From the NCBI RefSeq assembly GCF_039654945.1, contig NW_027361754.1, forward strand, positions 52,576,001 to 52,640,000: a DNA stretch of 64,000 nucleotides. The letters run 5' to 3'. The position numbers were made by a program, and so were the translations under genes. Below the pieces are notes generated by a model. The model was not told where the DNA came from and made no database searches. It saw nothing but the letters and a program-made list of their open reading frames with translations. This document shows, in pieces, positions 24,463 to 36,171 of the stretch (positions within the stretch are counted from its first letter, which is position 1; each line of letters begins with the position of its first letter). The stretch is from Dendrobates tinctorius (taxonomy: Eukaryota).

Positions 24463-26380
24463 ATAATAATAATAATAATAATTTTATTTCTATAGCGCCG
24501 ACATTTTCCGCAGCTTTTTACATTTCAGAGGGGACTTGTACAGACGATAGACATTACAGCATAACAATAATCACATAAATCACAACAGATACCAAGAGGA
24601 ATGAGGGCCCTGCTTGCAAGCTTACAATCTATGAGGAAAAAAGGTAGACACGATGTCATGATCTGACAGTTTTAAATTGGACAAAGTGAATTTTTTTTAC
24701 TTTGTCAAGTGCAATGTGTGACGTGATTGCCCCCGGTGGCCATTGGAATTATCACACGTGGTGTCTTTCCTTCTAAGTTGCCCGGTGGTGGGGAGTGGTA
24801 TCGCACCTTAGTGGTAGGTTTAATTTGTAATTATAAATCAGGTGTGAGGCTCTATAAATGAGTCTCAGGGTATTCAATCATTGTTGGTGATAGTTGTTCA
24901 TTTGCAACCAACCTTGGTGGTGGAAGGAGCTGGAGAGATTACTCAGCTCAATCCTGAGTCCTAATGTGGAAGGAGTCACCAAAGGGAGTTCTTTGCAGCG
25001 CTTACTGAACTTGGTGGCAGCTATTCAGGAGGAAGGCTGCAGTCGGTTGCTGGACTCTGTGCTGGAGCATTTGCACAGAGAGAGCTAAGTTTTCTATTTC
25101 CCCTGTTTTTGACTTTCCTTATGTGTGATCTAGTGCAGTGGTGGGATTAGTTTCCGCACCGGCCAATGCCCTAGCGAGAGACTAGGTTCAGGGCGATTCA
25201 GGGCATAAGGTTCGCGTGTGGCGACAGGTGCGGAGCCTGTATAGGGAACGTAAGGATTGCAGGGACGCTTCCTCAGGGGAGCTTAGGAGGTCTCCACATC
25301 CCTATTTCCTATTACATGGCCCACCACTGTAATTGTTCCTGTGTTTCCCCTTATTATTTAAATTCGCCAGCTGGAGGCGGAGTATCCAGTTTTACGTGTA
25401 CTTTTTAAATTCGCCAGCTGGAGGCGGTGTATCCGGCTGCACGTCCCGGTATTATTTAAATTCGCCCCGCTGGAGGCGCTGTATCCAGGGTCACGTGTAT
25501 CATAAATTCGCCCTGCTGGAGGCGCTGTGTCCAGTCATACGTTGACCATTACACACGAAAGGTGGGTGGTAACAGTTGCCTTCATTGTTTGGACCAGCCA
25601 TAATGTTAAGTGTGTAACAGTACAGACACAGAGGGCTAATAGATGCATAAAGCATGTGGGAACATGATGTGGGGAACTTGGTTATGGTAAAACTTTTGAC
25701 TGTGCCACACAGGGATAGTTAGGTTAATGCTTTGAGGCGGTAGGCTAGTTTGAATATGTGCGTTTTTAGGGCACGCTTAAATTGTAGGGATTGGCAACTA
25801 ATCGTGTTGACCTGGGAAGTGCATTCCAAAGAATTGACGCAGCACGTGTATAGTCTTGGAGACGGAAGTGAGAGGTTCTGATTATTGAGGATGCTAACCT
25901 CATGTCATCAGCAGAACGGAGGGCACGGGTAGGGTGGTAGACTGAGATGAGGGAGGAGATGTAGGGTGGTGCTGAGCCTTGGAGTGCTTTGTGGATGAGG
26001 GTAATAATGTTGTACTGGATTCTGGAGTGGATGGGTAGCCAGTGTAATAACTGGCACAAGGTATAGGCATCGGTGTAACGAATGGCAAGGAATATGATCC
26101 TGGCTGCAGCATTCAATAAAGATTGGTGGGGGGAGAATTTGGTAAGAGTTACAATAGTCCAGACAAGAATGAATAAGAGAAACAGTAAGAGATTTTGCGG
26201 AGGCAAAAGTAAGAAAAGGTTAAATTCTAGAAATGTTTATGAGGTGCAGATAACGAGAGCGAGCCAGTGATCGGATGTGGGGGCGAATGAAAGCTCGGAG
26301 TCAAGTATGACCCCAAGGCAGCGGGCATGTTGCTGGGGAGTAATAGTGGAACCACACACAGAAATGGCAATGTCGGGCCA
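24463..26380 (-). mobile_element. 5'-truncated L2-clade LINE
   Basis: The 3' tail appears as (ATA)n at 24463-24482. The ORF2 C-terminus reads LNAAARIIF...LHWLPIHSRIQY...RALRS...LWNALP (25766-26206). Confidence 0.88.
24654..25553 (+). mobile_element. Solo LTR in the L2 3' UTR
   Basis: TGTCATG...ATTACA ends and perfect TSD cacga. It contains four aaattcgcc..ctggaggcg repeats. Same family as 60637-61740, which is inverted. Confidence 0.9.
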
Positions 26381-27039
26381 TTTATGAGCAGCACCTTCAC
26401 ATTGAATTTCTAGGACTGGTAGTTCTGGCTAGTGAGGCTTGGCACTGAGAACTTGACAGGATTGCTGCTAGTGGACATCTTCTCTCTTGCTCTATGCTGC
26501 TTTTGCTCTGGGGTTCTGTGTCACTCTGGGAACATAACCTGTAGGCAGCAGATTATTCAGGATACTCTCCAAGTGTGTGACAACAGAGGTTCTTTATTCA
26601 GGGACAATATATGATAAGCTTAATAGATCGGGAATAAATCAATTGTGTGTCTCTATCTGTACAGCATCTACAGCAGGCTGCTTCTCTCATACACAGACAC
26701 AGGAAAAACAGGAAATACATTCACATGCTCTCCCTGTGTGAGCCTCTGGGAGTTTTTTTTTAACTTTATAAACAGCATACAAATCTAGCAAGTAAATACT
26801 CATAGACAGGAATGGAGTTGTTGCACCAAACATATTCCAACACAGTGCTAGGCAGGCAGTGTATTTCACAGACTTCATTGCATATATCAAGAGGGTCCAT
26901 TAAAGTATTGTCTGCTGCTGCCTACTACAGATATTTATATACATAGTCTAAGGTATCAGGGGCCAGGATTTTTTTTTATCTTAATCCAGATTACTTTCTT
27001 TAAAAGCAATCGAGCTCCATTTGCTTGTTGGCACTGCGT

Positions 27040-29320
27040 TGAAAATTCTGCCATTTCTGGCCTACTGTTAAGTTTTATTGAAGTGTCTTAAATAAGACAC
27101 CAGTTTGCTGAAAATAAAAATTGTTACCTACAAGCCACCTATTTTAGACAGGGGTTTGACCGTCACACGGATCACATCTCAGTTCGCTGAAAATTCTGCC
27201 ATTTGTGGCCTACTGTTAAATTTTGTTGTAGTGTCTTAGATAAGACACCAGTTTGCTAAAAAAAATAGTTACCTACGGGCCATATATTTTACACTGGGGT
27301 TTGTCCGCCATATGGATCACTTATCAGTGCGCACAAAATTGTACCATTTCAGGCCTCAATTTAAGTTTTGTTGCAGTGTCCCAGGCAAGTAATTGACACC
27401 AGTTTGCTTAAAAAAAAATTTACTTACAGGCCAGATATTTTACACTAGAGTTTGTCTGCCACATAGATGACATAACAGTGCGGTCAAAATTGTGCCATTT
27501 CAGGGCTCAATTTAAATTTTGTTGCAGTGTCTTAGGCAATTTATTGACACCAGTGTGCTTAAAAAAAAGTTACCTACAGGACACATATTTTACACTGGGG
27601 TTTGTCTGCCACACAGATCGCATATCAGTGCGGTCAAAATTGTGCCATTTCAGGCCTCAATTTAAATTTTGTTGCAGTTTCTTAGGCAAGTTATTGACAC
27701 CAGTTTGCTGAAAAAAATAGTTACCTACAGGCTAACTGTTTTAAACAGAGGTTTGGCCGTCACATAAAAGATTGGTACGTAAGATGAGAAAGCTTGGGCT
27801 AGGGGAAAATGTGTGTAGATGGGTAGGTAGCTGGCTTAGTGATAGAAAACAAAGAGTTGTTATTAATGGTGCATACTCAGATTGGGCCAGGGTTACTAGT
27901 GGGGTACCACAGGGTTCTGTATTGGGCCCCTACTATTTAATATATTTATTAATGATCTAGTGGATGGCTTACACAGTAAAATATGAGTATTTGCAGATGA
28001 TACAAAACTATGTAAGGTAGTTAAGACAAAGGAGGACAGTTTGCAACTACAGACAGATTTGAGTAAATTGGAGAATTGGGATGAAAAATGGCAAATGAGG
28101 TTTAGCACAGATAAGTGTAAGGTTATGCACATGGGAATGAGAAACAGATGCTACAATTGCTTACTAAATGGGAAACTGCTGGGGAAATCGGACATGGAAA
28201 AAGACTTAGGCATCTTAGTCATTTAGAAGCTAAATTGGAGTGCCCAGTGTCAGGCAGCTGCCTCCAAAGCAAATAGGGTCATGGGATGCATTAGAAGAGG
28301 TCTGGGGACATGAGATGAAAACATAATTCTCCCTCTGTACAAATCACTCGTCAGACCACACTTGGAGTATTGTGTGCAATTTTGGACGCCGGTGCTCAAG
28401 AAAGACATTACTGAACTTGAAAGGGTTCAAAGGCGGGCTACTAAAATGATAAATGGAGTTGGTTCACTACAATACCCAGAAAGGTTATCAAAATTAGGTC
28501 TATTTACTCTAGAAAAGAGAAGACATAGGGGAGACTTAATATATATGTACAAGTATATCAGAGGGAAATAAAGTGATCTCTCCAATGAACTGTTTGTACC
28601 AAGGACTGTGACAAGAACAAGGGGGCATTCTCTTCGTTTGGAGGAAAGACAATTTCTGCACCAGCATAGAAGAGGGTTCTTCACGGTAAGAGCAGTGAGG
28701 CTCTTGAATTCTCTTCCTGAGGAAGTGGTGATGGCCAACTCACTGAATGAATTTGAGAAAGGAATGGATGCTTTTCTTGTAACAGTATAGAAGGTTACGA
28801 ATAACAGAATATTATAGGTAGATGGTTGACCCAGCTTAGGGGAAGGAATTTTTTTCCCTATGGAGAAAATTGGCTTCTACTCTGTGGGATTTTTGCCTTC
28901 CCCAGGATCAACAATGCAGAACAGCTGCACTAAAAGGCTGAACTAGATGGGCATAAGGTCTTCCTTCAGCCTTCAAAACTATGTTACTATGTTACTATGT
29001 TACATGGATCACATCTCAGTACATTGAAAATTCGTCCATTTCTGGCCTACTGTTAAATATTGTAGTGTCTTATATAAGACACCAGTTTGCTAAAAAAAAA
29101 ATATTTACCTACAGGTCATATATTTTACACTGGGGTTTGTCCACTACATGGATTGCATATCATTGTGGTCAAAATTGTGCCATTTCAGGCCTCAATTTAA
29201 ATTTTGTTGCAGTGTCTTAGGCAAGTTATTGACAGACACCAGTTTCCTGAAAAAAAATTTGTTACCTACAGGCGAGGTATTTTGAACTGGGGTTTTCCCT
29301 CACACGAGTCACATATAAGT
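27040..29320. repeat. About 150-bp tandem repeat upstream of the hAT transposase, split by a CR1
   Basis: aaaatt(c/g)t(g/a)ccattt recurs near 27043, 27191, 27337, 27488 and 27637, then resumes after 29005. Confidence 0.88.
27766..29003 (+). mobile_element. 5'-truncated CR1 LINE (RT C-terminal half, decayed)
   Basis: [25 protein letters not shown] and [10 protein letters not shown] motifs, with a (CTATGTTA)n tail. Confidence 0.93.
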
Positions 29321-29377
29321 TTGCTCCAACTTCAGCCACATGTAGTGAATGTTGAAAATATTGCACTCCATTTAAAA

Positions 29378-32285
29378 TGGGCAAGGCACATGATAAGGGA
29401 TAGGGAAGTGGATATGATGGTGATGGTGCATGCAGAGGCCGAGGCCAAGCTGAAATTGTGCCAAAACAAAGACACATCTTCTCGCCCGACCTTCCTGTTC
29501 TAATTACTAGGGGACCACAGCAGCACACCACTATTGAACTCAGAGCAGTGTCAGTGGTTGTTGGTTGGATAGCAGATAATGTTTCCATTCTCTTTGCTGC
29601 CACCACCACCACCACCCTGTCTTCCACACGGTCAAGTTTGGGTAGCCGTGAGTCTGGACTGCATATTCCTCACCCTGATCCTCGTTCCTCACATCATGTC
29701 ACGTGCCCAGAGACAACTGATCCCAAACTTGGACACTCTAAAGAGCTGTTCACTTTTCCATTTATAGATTCAGGCCTCTCGCCCAGTCCACTTGAAGTGG
29801 GGCAAGAAGAGATCGCATGTAGCAATTGCCAGAAAGTCAGGAGGAGGACTAGGGTACGGAAGTGGAGGACGAGGTGGTGGATGATACAGTAACTGACCCA
29901 AGCCGGCAGGAGGACATGCAGAGCACCCGACTTTGTGGGCCAAACCCCAGGGTCAAGGAACAGTATCTGTGGGTGACACCACTGCTTCTTTTGCTGTTGT
30001 GCGTGCAAGCCAATCCCCTGTCCATGGTGCATGCAAAGATGCCTCCTGCCCTGCACCTGTCATTGCACACACTCAACTAGCACGATAAGCAAGCACGTCC
30101 ACATCCTTGTCCCAACGCAGCTTCAGTTGTCCATACCCCAGTCCTTGGAATGCAAGTGCATATATGCCGACAACGCCCCACAGGCCACACTACAAAATTT
30201 GCACATATCTCTACTGTTTGCGCTCAAAATGTTGCCTTTTAGGCTCGTGGAGATGGAAGCTTTCTGCAACCTGATGGCGGCGGACATCCCTCGGTACTCG
30301 GTCCTCAGCTGCCACAATTTCTCCCGGAGTGTCGTCCCTGCAGTACACAAGCATATATCCCACAACATTAGCCGTGCCTTCAACAATACAGTTACTAGGA
30401 AAGTCCACCTAACCATGGACACGTGGACAAGTGCTTGTGGGCAAGGACGGTACATCTCGTTAATGGCACACTGGGTTAACATAGTGAAAGCCGGGACCCA
30501 GTCGGATCTTGGAACAACGCCGAGGATTACGAGACCTATGTTAATCAGGGTTGCCCCCACAGTCTAGAGCTCCTGCATCTCCTCCTCCTCTTCAGCCTCT
30601 ATCTCCAAAATGACCACATCAGTCACAAGCTGGAAGCACTGCAGTACTGCCTCAGTCAACCGGCAACAAGCTGTGCTGAAGCTAATATGCTTACGTGACA
30701 AACCACACAATGCTGAAGAGTTTTGGACAGCTCTGAAAGTGCAGGCAGATCTGTGGCTGACACTGCTGAACCTACAGCCAGGCATAGTCATGTGTTACAA
30801 TGGCCGGAACCTGGTGGCGGCTAAGAGGTGAGGAGACGTGACACACGTACCATGCCTGGCCCATGTGCTTAACCTCATGGTTCAGCGGTTTCTCAAAACC
30901 TACCCGGAGCTGCCGGAACTGCTTGTGAAAGTACGCCGCCTGTGTGCCCATTTTAGAAAGTCAGCTACAGCTTCCACCGCCCTTGCCGTGCTTCAGCAGC
31001 ATTTGCAGTTTCCGGCTCACTGACTGTTGTGTGATGTCCCCACGTGTTGGAATTCTACACTGCAGATGTTGGAAAGGATTTGTGAGCAGAAGAGGGCATT
31101 TGTTGACTACCAGCATCAACAAGGCTGTTGTTCACTTCAGACTCCACACATAAGACCTCAGGAGTGGACATGGATGTCAGACATATGCACCATCCTCCAA
31201 AACTTTGAGGACTCCACCAAGATAGTGAGCGGTGATGACACCATAATTAGCCTCACCATCCCGCTTCTCTGTGTTCTGAAATGCTCTCTGCTTACAATCA
31301 AAGAAGATGCATTGCAGGCAGAGCATGATGAGATGGAGCAAGCAACCATACAGGGTGATTACACACAGCCCAACCTCATCTCATCCCAATGTGGTTTGGG
31401 TGACAATGAGGAAGAGGAGGAGGAGGAAGAACAGAAGCTACTTTCATGCACTCTAGATGGTGCTACAAGAACAACTGTCATACAGTCTGTTCAGTGTGGA
31501 TGGCCTGAGGACAGGGAGGAGGAGGAGCAGAGCATGGTCAGTCGTCATCTTGGTGAGGACATGGAAGTCTTGCCTGTTAGCAGTCTGGCATGCATGGCTG
31601 AGTTTATGTTACGCTGCCTTTCCCGTGACCCTCGCGTTCTCAAAATTTTGGGTGACAGTCATTACTGGCTGGTAACACTTCTAGACCCACGCTACAAGGA
31701 GAACTTTCTATCTCTTATTCCAGAGGCAGACAGGTCTACTAAAATGGGGCAGTACCAGAGGGCCCTTGTTGCAGAATTATTAAAAAAATTCCCATCTGAA
31801 AATGCTGGCGGCAGAGGTCACAGTTCATTGGACAACCAAGGAGTACAGGCAAGAGAGAGACAATTCCAATCCAGCAGAGGCAGGGGAACACTGCCAAAGT
31901 TCTGGGACAGTTTTCTCAGACCCTCCCATCGCACTGGCATGAGGCGTGGGGTACTCTCACAAGGAGTGCAAAGTTTTAGAAGATACTGAGGGAGTACCTT
32001 GCTGACTGTACAAACGTACTCTGTGATTCCTCTGTGCCTTATAATTATTGGGTATCCAAGCTGGACACGTGGCATAAAATGGCTTTCTATGCCTTGGAGG
32101 TCCTGGCCTGCCCTGATGCTAGTATTTTGTCAGAGTGGGTTTTTAGTGCCGCTGGTGAAATTATAACTGATAAGCGCATCAGCCTGACAACTGAAAATGC
32201 AGACAAGCTGACTCTTATAAAAACGAACAAGGGCTGGATTGGGCCAGACTTCTCTACACCACTGAATGATAGCAGTGTAACATAA
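29378..32285 (+). pseudogene. hAT (Ac/ZBED-like) transposase pseudogene
   Basis: VHLTMDTWTS, HVPCLAHVLNL, CDVPTCWNST, LLDPRYK and the dimerisation domain YWVSKLDTW...SEWVFSAAG. Multiple stops and frameshifts; the start position is approximate. Confidence 0.92.
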
Positions 32286-33287
32286 ACTTGAATCCAGTGT
32301 CTTTTTTTGGGTGGTCTATTCCCATGCACCTCTTCATACCCACACATGGCTATGCACTTACTGATTTTGACTATTTGCTGTTGTTCTCCTCCTTCTCTTA
32401 ATCCTCATCCTACACCACCAGACTACCAGGGTGACAGTGGTCTGTGATGCAACACCCACATAATTTTTTTAAAGGGTGTTTATAATGCCCATACCAAAAA
32501 AAGTGGTTATACAGTATGCTCATGTATACCCCCCATGCTTAAATGTTTGTCAGCTGTAATGTTCCACACTCTCTGTGGATGAGGATTACTCACTTTGCTC
32601 GTCTTGGAGGTAAACACTGGCATGCTTAGGGTTAAAACGAGTCCATTCTGTTTATTATTCACCAGTATGCAGCAACCATTACACTGTCTGTTACACATTC
32701 AGCTTTACCAAAATGAACACAGTCACTGACCCCGATCAGCATAACATGGACTCTGTTCCCTTACCTGTTGGCCACACAGGTTCTCGGATCCCTCTTATCT
32801 GCAGAGGTATCCCATAAATATCTCTCACTGACCCCAGTCAGCATAACTCACGGGTTTCAAGACCGTCTACTCCTCTGGCTCAGACTCGCCAGCACAGCTT
32901 CCCCAGGCTGACAGACTCCCAACACATTCTCTCACATGTGCAAAACACATTCCTTAGATAGCTGTAACCACTCCCAGTTACCTATCACATGGCTAGTCAC
33001 ATGATCATGACCTCATCACAGGTACTCAAAATTCACAACCACACACATACCTTCAGGCAAAATGGGGTACAGTGAGCCCCCCTTACCATGGAGCGAGGTA
33101 AATGGGTAGCATGGCCCTCACAACTCTTAGAGCTACCTGTAGCCTGGACCCAAATGTGAACAAAAACTACTTAGATCTTACGTACACTTAAGAAAAACAC
33201 TCCGGGCTAAATCACAGGGAGCTGCCATCCCTGTGATACACACATCCCATTAACTATACAGTCATTAGTATCGCTACACAGCCCATA

Positions 33288-34318
33288 TGTGGCGCCCCCA
33301 GGAGTATGGTCGCCACAGTGTCTTTGCCTTCCTCCAGGGGACGGTAATGCCAGGCTTGGAGGCAATGATGGGTCTCTCTCGCAGTCAATCTATGCATGCA
33401 ACACAGTTCCACTCCAGGCCAGCAGGGGGAACTCTGAACTGGGATTAAGGGGAGGAGTGCTCTCTGAGGGCCAAGAGGAAGGGGTGGTTAGTTAGTTAGT
33501 CTGCAGAGGGTGAAGTGTGCAGATGTGTGGAAGGAGCGCTGAGATAGAGCTGAGAGGAAGAGCTCATCTCTGAAGAGAGCGCATGAACTGGAGCCTGGTC
33601 TCCACGGTTGTACGGATACTAACGGTCCTGCAACAGACACCAGAGGAATAGGAGGCTGTACTGTAAATGCCTACTCCCATCTAAGACTTGAGGGCACAAC
33701 AGCAGCTTGGATAGTGAGCCGGGACTCAGGAGAGAGGAGTCCCCGAGAGAGGCTACAGCTGTCTGCCGTGCAAGTGAGGTTCTCGGAAACATCTGACAAG
33801 AGGAACTTCAGTGTAACTCGGTACTGGAGATCCCGCAAATAAGCGCTAGTAAGGAGACTGCACAACCCATCTGCTGAGAGAGAATCCCTGAATTGCTTCC
33901 AGACTAGCCTGCTCCAATACCATCTGTAATCAGGACCTGGACTGCAGTTATCAAGTAAAGGTACAGAAATTGCACCCCGCTGTGTCTTGTCTGCTTCCTA
34001 CCTTTCCGGCACCACTACATCCCCGTGCCAACCACATCTACACTGCCCTGGGACTATAGCTTCACCTAGGGGGAGCTTTTACATCTTTGCTGCACCATAC
34101 CATCAGTCCCAGCGGATCTGCATGCAGCGTCGGCTTAACACCTCCCTTGCCGAGCACCACAGGTGGCGTCACGAACTATTCATCTAACTTCATTCCACCA
34201 TTCACATCTTCCTATTACTTGGGCGCCCAGGGTCACGGTCCGGGTCACCGCTGCTTTGACACATCCCACTGACACCGGCCCGGTACTGAGTACCCCACAG
34301 CCCTGGGAGGGCGACCCA
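33288..34318 (+). mobile_element. Solo LTR (Gypsy-like)
   Basis: TGTGGCGCCCC...GGGCGACCCA ends and 4-bp TSD cata. Confidence 0.85.
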
Positions 34319-34964
34319 CATACACTTCCTAATAATGGGAAAATTGTTTTATGAGGCCCTCCTCCACGACTCTTCCAAGGGGTATTGGGGTGCGTCCAAG
34401 TTTGGGCCAGCTCAAGCAGTCACTGCATAGGCAAACAGTATGGGAGACCCACATCCTTTTGGGCCTCCGCCCCTTGCTGGGACCCCCAGGATAGAAATGG
34501 GCTGGTTTCCCATGGAACCTTCCATCTCCTGGTATCTCTCAACCCATCCGACCAGTTCATCAGCATTCCAGGAATTACCCTGGGCAACCCAAGTCTGTAC
34601 GGGCCTCTGCAGGGACTACACAAACCGGTCCATCACCACCCGTTCTACCATATGCACAGGCATAGAGGAATCTGGCTGCAGCCACTTCTGGACCAGGTGA
34701 AACAGGTCAAACGTTTGGAAGCATGGTGGTTTGTTCCGGTTGTACACCCAACGGTGAACCCACTAGGCCCTGAGAGTCATTGTTACCCCTAAGCGTGCAA
34801 GAATCTCCATTTTTAGCTTGTCATACTCTTTAGTGTCATAGAAAGCTAAATCATTGAATGCTTTCTGAGGTTCCCCCCGTCAAGTATGGCGCCACTACCT
34901 GTGCCCACTTCTCTGACAGGATTTTCTCCTTCCCGGTGACCCTTTCAAGCACCGTCAGGAAAGC

Positions 34965-35475
34965 ATCAACATTGCAATTCTCCATTATAGATTATTCAGC
35001 CTCAACAATGCTGTCCTCCACTGCATGTTATTCAGCTTCAAAAATGCAATTCTCCACTGTAATTTCTTCAGTTTCAACATTGAAATTTTCCACTGCAGGT
35101 TCTTCAGCCTCAACAGTGCAATTGACTGCAGGTTCTTCAGCTTCAATACTGCAATTCTCCACTGCCTGGTCTTCAGCCTCAACACTGCAATTGACTGCAG
35201 GTTCTTCAGCTTCAATTTGCAATTCTCCATTGCCGGGTCTTCAGCATCAACACTGCAATTGACTGCAGGTTCTTCAGCTTCAGTATTGCAATTCTCCACT
35301 GCTGGGTCTTGAGCCTTTACACTGCAATTGACTGCAGGTTCTTCAGCTTTAATATTGCAATTCTCCACTGCCGATTCTTCAGCCTCAACACTGCAATTGA
35401 CTGCAGGTTCTTCAGCTTCAATATTTCAATTCTCCACTGCAGGTTATTCAGCTTCAACATTGAAATTGACTGCAT
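34965..35475 (-). repeat. 69-bp (33+36) tandem repeat
   Basis: It translates on the - strand as a repeated VENCSIEAEEPAVNCSVEAEDPA-like unit. Confidence 0.85.
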
Positions 35476-35700
35476 AGGCACACATTATGTGAATACCAAC
35501 TTCCTACTAATGGGAACATTGCTTTCAGGTGGCCCTTCTGTACTTCTCTTTAAAGGGTTATTGGGGTGCATCCAAATTTAGGGCAGGTAATAAGTTACAA
35601 AATAAAGTCAATACATTATTGCAGCAGGTTATCAAAAGCCTTGACAGGCTGCAACCCACATCATGACCACTGGGGCGTATATAGAGACATATAGCATACA

Positions 35701-36171
35701 TGTCATGATCCGGACCGGGGTTGGAGTTCTGTTCCTGCAGGCTATGTTGGTTATAGTTTTGCCTAGGGCTGCTGTAGCTGACTGATTGCTCTGATTTGTC
35801 CTCCTGCATTTGCTGCCTGAACCCGTGTCTCTGTTTTCCCCCATTCCTGTTTTTTACTCAGTGTTCCCCTTTAGTGTATTGACCTCCTGGTTCTGACTTG
35901 GCTTGTATCCTGACCTGTTTCTGTCTTTGTCTTTTGGCTTATCCTCTCCTGACCACTACTGACCTTCCCGGCTTTCCTCTGACCCTGAGTTTATTTTGCT
36001 TTGTACTGTGCTTCAGTGTGTTTCTTGACTCGGCCTGTCTGACTAATCTGCTGCTACCTGTGGTGGCCTGGCTTCTGCATTGCAAGTCTGCTCTGTTTGG
36101 GTGCAGTTCTGCGACCACTCTACTGCCATCTAGTGGAGCCTGCACCTATATGTATTGCAGCAGCCCTGACA
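35701..36171 (+). mobile_element. Solo LTR
   Basis: TGTCA...TGACA ends and perfect TSD ataca. Confidence 0.88.

Larger units (their letters stand above)
23144..26478 (-). pseudogene. Decayed Copia gag-protease-integrase N-terminus
   Basis: NYQS*KF..., LSNKLYLMRKLY, zinc knuckle CFFCKKPGHLKADC, protease A(A)SHM, VLYVPSLESNLLSV, WHKCLRH and CNSC. It has stops, frameshifts and the L2 insertion. Confidence 0.85.
23144..26842 (-). mobile_element. 3'-truncated Ty1/Copia retrotransposon split by an L2
   Basis: 5' LTR 26540-26842 (TGTTGG...TACA on the - strand), PBS GGTTATGTTCCCAG at 26526-26539, gag ATG at 26478. Confidence 0.88.
32555..35500 (-). mobile_element. Probable decayed LTR retrotransposon: 3' LTR (32555-33240) plus internal region
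   Basis: On the - strand it reads TGTATCAC...ATTACA with an AATAAA, preceded by a weak purine tract. The adjacent GC-rich sequence is gag-like. Confidence 0.45.

Noticed and set aside
27040-27760. Regularly spaced repeats resembling a CRISPR array (also 50020-50590 and 25360-25530)
   Set aside because: Whole units repeat with no unique spacers, there are no cas genes, and the context is eukaryotic.
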